Shown here in pieces: positions 36,601 to 50,939 of a stretch of DNA of 64,000 nt. Made by a program: the position numbers and the translations under genes. Positions within the stretch are counted from its first letter, which is position 1; every line of letters starts with the position of its first letter. The DNA comes from Dimorphilus gyrociliatus. Lineage: Eukaryota; Animalia; Annelida. The notes under the pieces are model-generated. The model worked only from the letters and a program-made list of their open reading frames with translations, ran no database searches and was not told the DNA's origin. The stretch is taken from NCBI GenBank assembly GCA_904063045.1, contig CAJFCJ010000012.1:2678335-2742334 (forward strand), read 5' to 3'.

Positions 36601-39600
36601 TGTGTTGAAGATGATTTATGCATCAATTCCATCAATATTTGCGACGGACAAGACGACTGTTTTTCAGGCGAAGATGAAAGAAACTGTTCAACCGTTCAAG
36701 AATTCCATTGCAGTTCCAATCAAAAAATTTCAGTTCAGTTTGTCTGCGATTTTGTTTACGATTGCCGCAACAAACTAGACGAAGTAAACTGCGGTAATAG
36801 AAAACAAAAACACTGTAAACTCTATATATACAGTATAGCGAGTGTTATTTCAGATACGCCATTATGCAATAAGGAAAACTCGTAAATAATTTCCAAACCA
36901 ATCAATCATATAAGAAATTACAGTAATAAGAATAAAGAATAATAATTAAATGACACACTTTTTTGCAGTTGCGACAATAGACAATGTATTGAAGAAAAAT
37001 ACTTTTGCGACGATGAAAAGCATTGTTTCGATGACAGTGATGAAAAATGCAACCTTGGCTATTCAACAATCAACGAAACAATGTTTACAAATGATTATGT
37101 GGAAAAGAGACGTTTGTTGAATTTTCAATACTTTTTGTGTTTTTGTACACATTCATTCGTCGCCATTTCTTAGAATGTCAACAGTATAATAAAATACCAT
37201 GCGACAATAAATGCATCTCTGAAGATGATCAGTGCAACCTACAACCGGATTGTTTTGACGGAAGCGATGAAACACAGAAAGTTTGCGATAATAAAGTTTT
37301 CAACGTCTCGCGATGTGGTCAACTAAAAGATATAATGAAATATAAATGCCAACTTGTCTACAATTCAATGGGAAAGTTGCTAACAAAAGTACACTTTCCC
37401 TTTTCCTCTTTGACCGACTGTAACGTTGAAAAATGTCAACATAGTCAATATTTGTGCTACTCCAGTAAATATTGTATATCAATCAAACAAGTTTGCGATG
37501 GAATATCACACTGCACACACGGCGACGATGAAAGTGATTGCGGTAAGAATTTTTCCAGATTTCTCCTGAAAAAAAAAAACACAATTCGCATTCTCCCGTC
37601 TTACATTTCATTGCAGAGAATTTTCGACCGAGAGGATACTTTAAATGTCGAAATGAAAAGACTTTTCTACCGATCGACGACGTCTGCAATGGTATTGTTA
37701 ACTGTCGAAAGGGGAGCGACGAACTCTACTGCAATGTCACTTCTACATGTCCAACATATTGCACTTGTCATAGATTCTACTCGATAGATTGCTCTTTTAA
37801 AAATGTTGCTAATCAATTAACAACTGACAAACTTGCAGAGATTCTACTGGAAACCAATCACAAGAGAATAAACCTAATGAATATTGCCGACGGTAATGGA
37901 GATCCAACTCTGATTGAATTAAAGGAGAATCTATTCGTTTCATCGCTATCATTCTACGATTGTTCATTAAACAATTTGCAAGTATCAAAAGTTTATCGCA
38001 ACGTTGTTATCCTATCAATTGTCAAATGTAAATCGTTCAACTACGCTTCCATCTTCGCCTATCCTTTATTAAATTTACAACAATTGACAATCAACAATGC
38101 AAACCTGAAATTGAACTCGTTGTCGACATTGAAACATTCATCTCATTTGAGAATAGTCGACTTTTCTTTCTGTAAAATTTCCTTTCTTGGTGAAGGACTT
38201 TTTCGTAATTTAGAAAATCTTGAAAGTTTAATTATTAACAATTCTTTTATTGACAATTTCCATTCGAATACTTTTCAATCGCTATCTAATCTGAAAATAT
38301 TGCTGTTGAGGCAAACTGTGATTCCTCTGAATCGGAAGAGCTCTCTTATAAAGCATCTCTCCTCTCTTCGAGTCTTGTACAGTGAACACTTTTCGTTTTG
38401 CTGTTTCTCTTGGAAATTCTCGAATAGAATTGAAAGCTGCTACCCTACAACCTCCATCTTCAACTCTTGTACCGATCTGCTGGCGTCCGAATCTCTAAGA
38501 TCCACAATATGGATACTCTCTATACTCTCCTTCTTTGAGAATTTTATATCACTTTTATTTAGGGGAGTGGCGAAGAGGAAGCGACGAAATTGGTTCCATT
38601 TGAGTTTATCATTCGCCGATCTATGTACATCAATCTATTTGATTATTGTCGGAAGTGTTGACATCTACTACAGGGGTCATTATATTGAATACGACTACGA
38701 CTGGAGAAATAGCGTAGCCTGCAAAATAATTGGATGGTTTTGCAGTTGGTCAATTATCGTTTCTGTTTTGAGTTTAGTGCTGATAACGGCCGAGAGATAT
38801 ATGATAATTGTATGGCCTTTTAAAAGAATTTTTACCCCATTGCGGTCGGTATGTTTAGTTTTTGGTATATTTTTTATTGCAGCTTTCGTCTCCGTCCTTC
38901 CCCTATTCGTATACAACGTAAGTAGAAAGGAGAGAGTCGTCCTACTCTCCTCCCTTTTCATTGTTATTAAATAAAGACGAATCTGCTAATCTTTCTCCCA
39001 ACAAGGATTATTATTCGAAAAGTCCTGTATGCTTTAATTTACATATTACTAGTGAAAAAGCCCAAGGTTGGATTTTTTCATTCCTGGTTTTCGGCCTACT
39101 CGTTTCAATAATATGCCTTCTTATATTTGGCTTATACATAAGCATCTGGAAAGAGAGCTTGTCCGCAAAGCAACTTATCAATAAGAGTCAATTTAAAACT
39201 CAACAGAATAAATTGAAATTGAACGCATTCTTTATTGTGACAACAAATTTACTGTGCTGGTTTCCGGTTTCAATGCTAGGTGATTGATGTGTTCAGTCTA
39301 GCCTCCTTTCTATATAAAATGTACAATCCTAAAACAAAACTATAACACTACCAATGCTCTTTTTAGGCGTATATTCCGTATTTTTTGAACTAATCATCAA
39401 GAAAGATATATATATTGCAATTGTTCTGGTGATACTACCTTTAAATTCAGTGATAAATCCTTTGTTGTACACATTTAGAGATATCAGATCCTACTATATG
39501 TCTTTGAAGAGGCAGAGAAGAGAGAATATGTATGTTGTAGTACAACACTAACTTCCTTAATATTCCTTCTCTTCCACTAATTTCTTGCTTGTTTTTTTGT

Positions 39601-40130
39601 AGACAGAAATGCGTCAACAATGCTGTAGAATCGAACCTAACGAGATGTTTGTTTAGTATTTACAGATGTCTATTCTATTCATAACCCTGTTATTTTACTT
39701 CCTCGAGCAGATTTTTTGTACATGACATCTTCCGAACAGAGATTAATCGACGGAAGAGTTTTAATATCATTAGATAAAATCAGAAATATTCGAGGTTTTT
39801 ACACTTTGACAAATATTTTCAAAGTAGTAAAAGACGTTTGTAAAACATTGCAATTTTCTCATCAATCTGATTTTTCTGTCAATGGAGTTGTTGATTTTCC
39901 AAACATTTATATGTTTGTCAGTATTTCTTTACCTAACTGTCTTTTTTTTTCATAAATCCAACAGACATTTTTTTCTTTTGTAGATAAAGAAGACAAGGAA
40001 AAGTTTTACAATAATCTCAAAGAGTCTCGTTATTGCAAAAGAGCATAGTCGACCAAAAGATATGTCAGCATTAGGTAATTTTTTAAAGAAAATACTACAA
40101 AAAAGATCTTATTACACTTTGAAATCATAA
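33676..40130 (+). CDS. GRL101/RXFP-like LDLa-LRR-7TM receptor, copy B, same architecture and tail as copy A
   Basis: First exon MKTLDWKYHFSNCLVLLVFSL...LCRLLGYD. SRCR-like VCRAFGFKSGTL (about 35460). CTL-like SALNECKKANASL (about 35900). CUB-like FHGFTIQF (about 36145). Six LDLa repeats in 36550-37730, LRRNT CPTYCTC, LRR+7TM ORF to 38974 (ITAERY), TM5-6 in 38990-39280, TM7 NPLLYTF, then tail exons to TAA at 40128-40130. Confidence 0.9.
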
Positions 40131-41168
40131 AATATACTGTACTTTATTCTATATTGCAAAAATACGAAAATACACAAATCTTGGTTGAATTCAATAAGTT
40201 TGTAAAGGATTTTAACCTAACCCTAACCCAATCAATTTTGGGAAGCAGTCAAACAAAGAATACACCAAAATTGACTTTTAAAACAGATTTTAAGGGATTC
40301 AAACTTACCAAATAAAAATCAATGTAAGGAAGTAGCAAATTGGAATAAAAGAATGAACAGGCCTATTGTACCCAAAATTAATATGACTATTATTCCTTCT
40401 GAATTTTTGGGGTGAGATTTTGGGTTAGGAATGGGTCAGGAAAAATATTCCAGTAATTGATTTGAATTAGGTGGGTCCAAACTAAGGGTTGGTAACAATG
40501 AAACCCTTAAAAGAGGGTCCAGAGCTAGGGTCGGGTTAGGTTAAAAACACCAAACTGTGGGCGTTTTCAACAACATCCATATTTTAATACCTTATAGCAA
40601 AAACTATGGATTAATTGTGTTTTTTTTTCTAAAATTCAGTTTTAGTAATTATACCTAGAAAAATGGAGTTTGTTAAAAAGGAGTCACTATTTATCAAATC
40701 AAAAATTAGGGGCTATACCTATACTGCATTTACAATAGTATTGTGTGTACCTAGTCCACAATACTATTGATAGGCTTTCATATTAAATATTTAATATTTG
40801 TCATTTCCAATCATTTACTAATTTACTTAAGTACTAGTTCAAATACAACCTCAAGTTTCTCCACAAAATACTAACCTTTTATAATGAATTCAATGTATTA
40901 AAGTAAGTAACATCAGAGTTTTGCCAATAGAATATGTATTGAGTAAATCAGTTCCAACCCACAAGTACAGTTTAATCTGCATTTAAAGATTAGAGACTGA
41001 CAAGTTTTGTAAGATAAAATGCTTACAGGAGAGATTTCATCCCTGGAGATTTTGTGCAAAGCTGGAAATTAATTTATTAATTTAAGCACTGGAGATACTC
41101 CAGAAATGGGATAAAATGTCGAGAAAATTAGGTTTGCAAAGGTTTTTTTTTTTTGATTAAATCAAAAA

Positions 41169-41529
41169 AGAGAAACAGAATTCTCACATTTCAAGAGTCC
41201 CACATGATTTTGGGAAGCAGTCAAACAAAAAATACACCAAAATTGACATTTAAAACAATTTCCAATAGAAAAAATTTTTTCAAAAAATTTTCAAAAAATT
41301 TTTTTCTGAATTTTGTAATAATTTCCTACCTACTCAACCTACCACGGTTTCGTCCTCCTCTCTATTTTTATGACCAAGGACTCATCAGGGTCTATTAACC
41401 TACACCTACAGAGAGGTTGAAGGATTCCAATAGGGAATTCACTTCTTCAGGTTTTTTTTTAATATATATCATATTGAAAGTGCTATGTATTATGATACTG
41501 TATATCAGAATTTGTACATACCATTTTAA
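41169..41529. repeat. Dispersed repeat (probable non-autonomous TE remnant); second copy at about 55304-55585, partial copy at about 40236-40285
   Basis: Shared blocks agagaaacagaattctcac, gaagcag...acacxaaaat, ctcatcagggtcta(t/c)taacctacacctacagagag and cataccattttaa. Confidence 0.8.
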
Positions 41530-42180
41530 AATCATCAGCAATTGTAGGGGATGTTCATTTAACTGGGTATTTTAAATGTGATTTTGACTCCTTATTCTTC
41601 AAACTAAATATGAACCATGTGAATAAAACATTCAAAATATATATAACACACTTTCCTGTTGAATGACATATCTACATACCATTCTATCATTGAAGGATGT
41701 ATATTTTGAAAGGAATTGTAGAAGTTGTTCATAAGACCAGCTATTTTTAATGTGATGTTGACTCCTTATTCTTCAAACTGTAAATGATTTCTGTGAAAAC
41801 ATATTCACCTTATATATAAGACACATGGAAAATCCTGTGGGAACATGCCACAAGCTAATCCAGCTTAGATAAAATTATATAATGCTAACAGATATGTGTC
41901 AGCATGAAATTAGTAAACTGTGAGAAAACTGATAATCTAACAAAGTCTGTGTGTGAGAACTTACTGTAATAGTTCAATGCAATAGAAAATTGAAATTACT
42001 GTTTAGAAATATATTCCTTATATTAATTCAATATATCCTATTTAAAATATAATAATTTTTATAATGAATTTTATAAGGAAAATGCACTAAACTTCACAGC
42101 AAGATAGGTTGAAAAATAAAAAGGATAATTAAATTCAGTAAAAAGATTTGAGATAAGGAAGTCAATATTAGTATAAGTAC

Positions 42181-42672
42181 AAAATTCAAAGCTCTATCAT
42201 AATTAATAATAAATCTAGTTTTTTCCTGACAAATATTTTAAGGTTTACAACAGAGTTTATATATAGTGTTCCTTAGAATCCATATCTTAGCAACTACTTG
42301 GCCTATTTTGATGAAATTTTCACCAAAATTATTGTCAGAAAAAATATATACAATTAGAAAGACAATCTGTACATTTATTAAGTATTTCTCATTTAAAAAA
42401 TATTAATTAGAATGCTTAATTATATAAGGAAACTGCATTAAAATTTAATGCACCATAGCTCCCAAACTATAGGAGATATTTGAATTCTGTAAAAAGATTT
42501 GCAATCAGCATATCCATATTGGTTTATGTGCAAAATTTGAAAGCTCTATGATAATTAATAAGTAATTTAGGTTTTTGATGACGAATATTTTAATGTTACA
42601 AGCAGAGTGTATATATAACATTCATAGGAATCCATATCTCAGCAACTACTTAGCTGATTGTGATGAAATTTG
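42181..42672. repeat. Degenerate direct duplication (about 140-bp units, about 350-bp period) with motifs typical of invertebrate non-autonomous DNA elements
   Basis: 42181-42320 vs about 42532-42672: aaagctctat(c/g)ataattaataa ... aatccatatct(t/c)agcaactactt ... tgatgaaattt. Confidence 0.6.
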
Positions 42673-43389
42673 AAGTGAAATTAATGACAGAATGAGACTA
42701 AATTAAATTACAATCAATTGAAACTGTAAAGTTAATTGAAAGAAAAGTATTAGTAATTTTTTAAAAAAATAATTTATTTAAAAAAGAAAAAGTATAGAAA
42801 TTAGAAGAAAAGAAATCTCTATATCTAAAATTAAAAGCATATACAGCGAAAAAAATATTATTATCTTCTATATAATTGTTTAAGAAATTTTAAAAGACTG
42901 TTTCTGTTTTCTATTCTCAAAACCCACTGAATCTAAGTTGAGGGTTGATTTTAACCTGCAGTTTGGACTTGAAATATTTTTGAAAATTTATCAACTTTTT
43001 TGAGTTGAAATTTTTCCAAGTCCAGTGCCTCATTGAGGGTAAATTTTTGAAATTGTCGGATTGCTTTCAAACTTGAATCCAAGCTTGCCCCTATATTGGA
43101 AAGATAGAAAAAAATATTTTCAATTTTGTATCAGAACTCTGAAAATTTTTGACTTTCAAAGCTCAGCCACTCTTGAACCATAAGAGCTATATGGACTATG
43201 TAGCATATTGATGAAAAGCTCTGTTTGTGCTCTTTCACCTCCAGCTGATTTGAAACATCTAGGGTGACTCATAACAAAACAGATTTGGGACATTTTTACC
43301 ACAGCACTGATTTTTACCCAATATTGTTGGAATGATTGATATTAAAGTTATTATTATGAGTATAAAAATTTTTGAAAAATTCTCATAAG

Positions 43390-45500
43390 ATGTTTTGCAC
43401 ATATCAAAGTCTTCATCACTTGTACTTTTACAGTCATACTTAATGTTACAACAATGTCTCTTAGATAGGAATTTTTTTCACATGACAATTTCAAGTTTAC
43501 AGGTGCAAGATTCTAATAATTCCCCACAATGTTTCACATCTTTTGAATAAAATACTTCAAATATTGTCAATTATCATCAAATTTTCATACTAAAATTGTA
43601 TACAAATCAATTAGAAATTTTATAAAAATGATTTATAATTAATGTTCATTCACTTGACCTAATCTATATCAATAACAAGATGCTTTTTTTTTATCAAATC
43701 AGCTTCAACACAGGTTCAGAAAAGAAAAAATAGAGATAAAGTGTTAAAAATACAATTCATGTCATATATTTCACATGTGTTCAAATTTAACTAGTAGCAG
43801 TGTATAATCAATGTCCTTTATAAATTTTAATGAAATGCACCTTTAAATCATTAAAAAGCAGAGCTTTTATTTTTGTACATGTTAATTTATCTCCTAAAAT
43901 ATAAATTTCATTTCCAGATTTACCAGTAACATCATAGCTTATGGTGAAGGGTGTATTTGCATTTCTATTAACAACAGTTAGGACAGCATGTTAACTGACC
44001 ATTCAGAGCATTAGGTGTTTTATAATATTCATCATACCCAGAGTTAGCTTTTCAGATTTTTTTTTTAAAGTTAAGCTGTCTAAGATCTGTACTATGGTTG
44101 TCTTGTTGAATGCATTTGTTATTGGTGCACATTTCAGTTTGATATAGATGCTGTCTAAAAAACTGTACACATATATTCATCACCTTTTCTCTACAATAGA
44201 CAAGTAGTATTCAACCAGTATTGTACTGTTTGGATAGCACTGATAGAGATAAGCTGAAGGAGAGGATCAATTCTACAATTGTATCCTTCCCTGCAGTAAG
44301 CTTTTTGGTTATAAGCCTAATCATAATTTGTTATATGTATGTAACCCTGTTCATCGCTATTATCTAAACAATTCCTTTCATTATTGCAAGCTTTTTCTTT
44401 CTCAATGCATTGGGAATTGTGACAATGACTAAATATGTTTTCTTATATAGTTTTCTAATGAAAAAATGGGTTTTTCACCTACTTTACACATTTGTCCCTT
44501 TCTATTGTTCATATGTTTTTAAATAGTTGTGTGATCATATAGTTATATATATTAAACTTACAGCAAAAATCTTCATCAGAGCCATCTTGGCAGTCGTTTG
44601 TAGAATCGCACACTCGTGTATAAGATATTGCATGACTTTGGTGTGATACGCAATGAAAAGTTTGAAAATCATCTATTGAACAATTTTCCTCATCTTCACC
44701 ATAAGTACAATCAATTTGTCCATCACATTTTTCAACAATATTTATAAAAATGTTGCTCTTATTGCAAAAGAGTATGTTCTCTTTGATATCAATAGCAGCG
44801 TTGTTAATTATCATGTTCAAGTTTTCAAAATTGCCACTCGTTTCTTCTCCTGTTGTTTTTTTTTTTGAATAAAGATAATAGAATATTTATTTTCTTTTTC
44901 TCAATACATACTTTGAATTTTTTGACAAATAGTTAGTGAATTTTGAGAATCTGTCTTTATTTTCCCATTGTAATATAGTGATTGGTTACATTCAATTGAT
45001 TCGATTAGTAGTGATTCTACAGTTTCTGATTTAAGTTTCAGCTGAATCTAAAGCCTTTGAATGAACAAGGGAAAATCTAAACAAACACCGAATATGCTTA
45101 CTTTGTGATTTTCAATATCAGAATCTTCCATTTCAAATTTAAACTGGAAGAAAAAGAAAGATGTCATTTCAAACTGATTTCTAGTTCATTTGATATGAAT
45201 TTACCAGAAATGTGTATTGAAAGCATATGGCTTTATCATCAAATAAATTTTTAAGTGAAGAGAAATATCCTTCAGTATTGAAGTTTTGAATTTTTTGTGT
45301 TTCCTGAAATAGTGAGTACTTTTTTAGAGACAGAATTAAAAATTGTAGCGAGTGGTATGTTAGAAAATGTCATTTGATGGATATTTTCAATTAGTAGGCT
45401 TATGTTTGCTTTCCTTACAATTTTTGGCATGAACAAAGGTATGTCGACGGTTAGGCCACTGGTTGTAAAGTAGAGTTGCCTTCCAGCAACATTTCTCCTA
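43390..45500 (-). pseudogene. Decayed fragment of a third GRL101-like paralog (LDLa region)
   Basis: LDLa pair in 44540-44820 (CDGQIDCTYGEDEENC; CDSTNDCQDGSDEDFC). CHNSQCIEKEKACNNERNCLDNSDE at about 44335-44425. ISYDVTGK (the YDSTG linker homologue) at about 43940. YDCKSTSDE at about 43410. Stops and frameshifts lie between these blocks and no 7TM follows. Confidence 0.7.
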
Positions 45501-45593
45501 ATCAAATATGTTGAATACAAATAATCAGATGCTGTTCGGGAAAAACTTGAAAACTTTCCAACTGTTAAAATATTTGATAAAAATGATAATATA

Positions 45594-48519
45594 TGTACAC
45601 ATACATTCGTCAGCTATATTCTACAATAGAGAAGTAGTATTGAACCAGTATTGTACTATGCAGATAGCACTGATAAAGATAAGCAGTAGTGACCTAGTTT
45701 CGCATAGGGCAGTGCATACACATTATGCAGTAATAAAACCTATTGAATTATATAAAGAATATTTGCTATTTGCAACCTAGCATTAATATTACAATTTATT
45801 AATCCATAAATTTATGATTTCGAACTAAAACTAGTTCAATTAATTATCAATTATGCTTAAATTCTAAGTTTAGATTATATTCACTATTCAACAGTATTGT
45901 ATACACAATACTGTTCTTTTTAACATGCATTAATCAGATATACTTCCTCCTTATATGCTGATGCTAAATTTACTAACTCAATCAATTGAATATCATTATT
46001 AAGGTAGAATATAAAAACGGTCAAATATACAATCTACATGTTTTCTTGATTGTTGGACTTGTCCTACTAAAATTGTTACATCTTATGCAACTCTCCAACC
46101 TTCGAAATTCAACTATTATTTAGAAGAGGAAAACAATAAAAACATGACCATATTTAGAACTTTTCTTTGTCTTCAAATGTTACTTTTGTTTTTGTCAACA
46201 TTGAAATTTGTGAACTATCAACCCTTAAAAGAGTATATAAACCCTACGAAATTAACAGTTGATAGTTCAGTTTTCTAACCGTCAGCTAGTTGTTTAAACT
46301 AGCTTGTTTAGAACTAGAAGCTCATTTTACTCAATACATATTCTTTGGACGAAATACTGGTGTTTTGTTAATCAATTTCTACCGAAATTGCCTTTGTTAG
46401 ACTATTTGTGGACGAACTTTAAAGGTTCTATTTGGACCAGTACTTTGGCAAGTTGGTAAATGATTGGAAAGGACGATTACAGTTGTGACGAACCAGAAAT
46501 TCCTACAATTACAATACAACAAAGTACAAAGTTACAATTCCATGGGGAATTTATCAACAAGAGGGAATCTTCTGCATGGAGAATTAAGGAATTTTCAGAG
46601 AAAAAATTGTCAGCATGAGGAATATTTATACCAATAGAGAAAATTTTTCTACACTTCCTACAGAACCAGACATTTTATGCCTTGCTAATTTGTAAAGTGG
46701 TTAACTGGTTCTTTTTCAGACGTTTCGCCAGGATGAAACGAAATTTGCAGAGATTTTTCAGAGCTCTGGATATAATCATTCAATAGTTCTGCCAAACAGT
46801 TGACAGAGCAAAAAGGCACTTTGTTTGAGATTGTTTATTTATTCCAGTTCAAAGGGCAACATTTGCTCAAAAACTACACTTTCAGACAGAATATCTTTGC
46901 TCTTTTTCTCGTCATTCGACATTTCAATGTAATGTAGACAACCGTAATTTCGTAATTTAAATTCTAAGGGAATACAAAGATTGATTGAAGGATGAATGAA
47001 TGAATTGAAGATTTAATACTCTAATAATTATATTCTCCATCTTTGAATTGCTGTCACAACTTAGATTATTTTTGTGTAAATTTTACATAGCTTGCTCAAT
47101 TTCTTTATAGCTTTTCAAACTATTCAACTTCCGGTTCCTTTTACTGCATAAATATTTATTCTTCATTAATTCATTTTACAAGTTGGAACATCTTACATTT
47201 AAATTGAACTTTCCAGCATTTGAAAAGAGGTTTAAAATTGGCAAAAAAATAGATTTGTAAGGTGCTCTTCATAATTTGCAATAGTATAAATAATCGGATT
47301 TAATGATGGATTCAATGGAATAAAGGCAACAATTAGCCAATTATATATCTCATTTTCTATTTTTACATTTTCAAAAACTGCCTATATACCTGAAAATGTC
47401 CAAATTTCAATATCAACAAGTTCACTGCAATACAGCCAATGCTAAGGGAGTGTCTTTAAAGTTTTATCACCCACATCTCTCTCTCCCACCCTACTCACTA
47501 AGTACAGATAAGGACAAGGGTTCGAAAATATGAACAGTTGACAATGATAAATTCATTTAAATAGAAAATATCCTTAGCATAACAACATCCATTTCTTTTG
47601 TCTAAAGGATTAATAAACTCTCTCTTCAAATGAGTTTTATACAATTAACTATGAGTTTGCTCTTTTTCATAGCACTAAAAGAAGAGTTTAGTTTGTCATC
47701 ACAATTGAAAAAAATATGGTTCAATCCCAGAAGTTATCACAACACACATTTCGTGTATGGGAAGATACTTTTGAAAAAGAAAGGAGACTTTCGAAAATAC
47801 TACTTAAAGTTCGAATGGAAAAAGAGACAAACATTTTATAATAGTTTATGCAAACGTTTCGGATATGACCCATTCTATTCTTACACAAACGCATCAAGAA
47901 ACAGCAAGAAATACAACACACTTAGATTGAATACTACTCACCCTCAATGTTGTACATTGTAAGTAGTTTTTATTTTAAATTTATAGGCCTATGTAAATAC
48001 AATACAGACTAACAGATGCATTTTACTTTTTCAGTAAGGAAAGAAAACGTGAGAGATTAAGTAATGTTGTTTCTTTAAAATGCTTTAAGGATAAATGTGA
48101 GAGTTTTCTCTACAGTCTTCCTCCTTTATCATTTCATATTTTTCAGATATTTTCACAAAATGTAATCAACGGGGAAATTTTCAACCTTTCTTAAGAATGC
48201 AGAGAAGCGTTTATACAATTTCAAATTCAGAATTATATAAAAAAGAAATTTGTAAGAGTAGCAAATTTTTTCTGGACACTCTGCAATTAAATTTTTCTGT
48301 AAATGAGAACAATACTGCTAATATTATATTTTATAAAAATGGGACAAAAAGTGTTGCTCTGAGAAACAAATTGACAGATGATCACATGATGTGCATGTTT
48401 GTGGAGATGAAAGGTAAGAAAGGGGCATGAAAAATATAGAATATCATTGAAAATATTTCAAGATTTAAGCATCATTAAAATTAAATCAAAAAATGCAATA
48501 TCCTTTATGAATACATTTT
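45594..48519 (+). repeat. Left arm of a 2.93-kb inverted duplication
   Basis: Reverse complement of 50049-52975; coordinates sum to 98568/98569 throughout, and ORFs 47630-47962 and 48197-48430 are identical to 50607-50939 and 50138-50371. Confidence 0.97.
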
Positions 48520-48920
48520 AGAAGGTACATTTTTTTTTTAAAACAATAAAATGCGGAGATAACGCCACAAAAGTGTCAGATTGCAGTTTGTATGAGAAGT
48601 GAGTCATAAGTGGTATCCTTAAAAATAAATATTCAAATAAATAAATACTTTTAGAGTGGATTCATATAAATTTTTCTATCCGCATTTTATCCAGTGTTCA
48701 ACTGCAAAACGAAATGGTGTGTTTCTTAAAACTTTTTAGCTATTTTCTTTAAAATTACCAATTTTAGAATGCCAAGGTGAATTTGTCATTAGTATTGTTG
48801 ATGTTTGCTACTATATTTTTAACGATACAAAAGTTGGAAATGTTTTTGAAAAGGCCGACTTTTGTAAAAAATTCAACACAACGTTATCTGACTTCCCAAA
48901 TATAGAGAAAGAGTTTATAT
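47630..48920 (+). pseudogene. 5' fragment of a GRL101-like paralog (signal/SRCR-like exon, next exons, then a CTL-like exon truncated at 48921)
   Basis: MSFIQLTMSLLFF...SLCKRFGYDPF is homologous to LCRLLGYD. 48197-48420 is homologous to exon 13353-13622. ECQGEFVISIVDVCYYIF...FCKKFNTTL (about 48768-48920) is CTL-like. Confidence 0.7.
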
Positions 48921-49309
48921 TGTACTTTGTTGTATTGTAATTGTAGGAATTTCTGGTTCGTCACAACTGTAATCGTCCTTTCCAATATTTAAAATTTAAA
49001 TATTTAGGTCATGATTATTTGTTTTAAAGATATGATAGAGTGTTTTGCTTCTTTTCAAGTATAATTCATAAGCATTTCCAACTAATTTTTTGCTAAATAT
49101 ATCTTTTGTTTTTAAAAGACAAGCTCAAATTTAAAAGATAAAAATTTGAATTTCAAAAATAGCTCTTACAATTTTCAGTTTTCTTAAAACACTTTAATCT
49201 TAGTAAATGAATGTATGATCTTCTTTTCTTTTTTGTTGCTGTATTTTTAAATCTTTTTTCAAATTTGAAAAATATAATTACTACTTTCAGTGAAAGATTT
49301 TAGCTTTTA

Positions 49310-50939
49310 TTACAATTTACAACATTCCCTTTTCCTATCTTGAAAAAGCATTTGGAAATATGGAAAAGGCTCCTCAACATTCTGCATAGTTGCACTAGTA
49401 ACAGAATGATAAGGATCAAATCCCATTGTTGAACAAATGCTGTTTGTTATGTCTTTTAGTGAATGCTCATAGAGTATTGGTAAACTAGAATTATCTCTAT
49501 TCCCCTTAAAGTGAATATTTCCCTCAATACTTTTTGCCAAGTCAGCAGTTTCACTCATAAAAAGCTTTCCTTCTGTAAAATTTGTGACAGTTTCTAAGGA
49601 ATGTTTTAGAATTAGACTTGAAATTGAAAAGTAACAAGAGTGTATACCTTTTGGTATTCTTTTCGAGCATTTCATTCGGTAAATATTCAGAAGATAGGAA
49701 TGCTTTCTTCTGAGAAGACAATCGATGTTTTTATGATTATTATTGTTCCTACAATCTCTTAAATAAGGTGTAAATATTTCTTTATTCATCTTTTTTTTTA
49801 TAAAAATAAAGTATAAAGTAAAATTAGACAGAAAGAAAACAAAGTAAAAAATTCAAACTATCTACAAACTAAAAATATACTGGTAGATTCTTTTTTGCAT
49901 GAATATGCTTCAACTCTAAGTTGAAGATAGTAACAAACAGTTTGACAAGCAAAATCAGATGATACATCCTGATGAAATGCAATTGGAAACATTCCAATTG
50001 TCTTTGAGTGAAAGAAGTATCTTCTTTTTATATATGATGTCTCAAACCAAAATGTATTCATAAAGGATATTGCATTTTTTGATTTAATTTTAATGATGCT
50101 TAAATCTTGAAATATTTTCAATGATATTCTATATTTTTCATGCCCCTTTCTTACCTTTCATCTCCACAAACATGCACATCATGTGATCATCTGTCAATTT
50201 GTTTCTCAGAGCAACACTTTTTGTCCCATTTTTATAAAATATAATATTAGCAGTATTGTTCTCATTTACAGAAAAATTTAATTGCAGAGTGTCCAGAAAA
50301 AATTTGCTACTCTTACAAATTTCTTTTTTATATAATTCTGAATTTGAAATTGTATAAACGCTTCTCTGCATTCTTAAGAAAGGTTGAAAATTTCCCCGTT
50401 GATTACATTTTGTGAAAATATCTGAAAAATATGAAATGATAAAGGAGGAAGACTGTAGAGAAAACTCTCACATTTATCCTTAAAGCATTTTAAAGAAACA
50501 ACATTACTTAATCTCTCACGTTTTCTTTCCTTACTGAAAAAGTAAAATGCATCTGTTAGTCTGTATTGTATTTACATAGGCCTATAAATTTAAAATAAAA
50601 AACTACTTACAATGTACAACATTGAGGGTGAGTAGTATTCAATCTAAGTGTGTTGTATTTCTTGCTGTTTCTTGATGCGTTTGTGTAAGAATAGAATGGG
50701 TCATATCCGAAACGTTTGCATAAACTATTATAAAATGTTTGTCTCTTTTTCCATTCGAACTTTAAGTAGTATTTTCGAAAGTCTCCTTTCTTTTTCAAAA
50801 GTATCTTCCCATACACGAAATGTGTGTTGTGATAACTTCTGGGATTGAACCATATTTTTTTCAATTGTGATGACAAACTAAACTCTTCTTTTAGTGCTAT
50901 GAAAAAGAGCAAACTCATAGTTAATTGTATAAAACTCAT
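49310..50939 (-). pseudogene. Inverted twin of the 5' fragment, continuing into different spacer exons
   Basis: Exons identical to the left arm, then FFHSKTIGMFPIAF...CQTVC (homologous to INSKTFGHIPLVF...ICELI of copy A), then a second first-exon-like segment ...SICSTMGFDPY (49310-49620). Confidence 0.65.
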
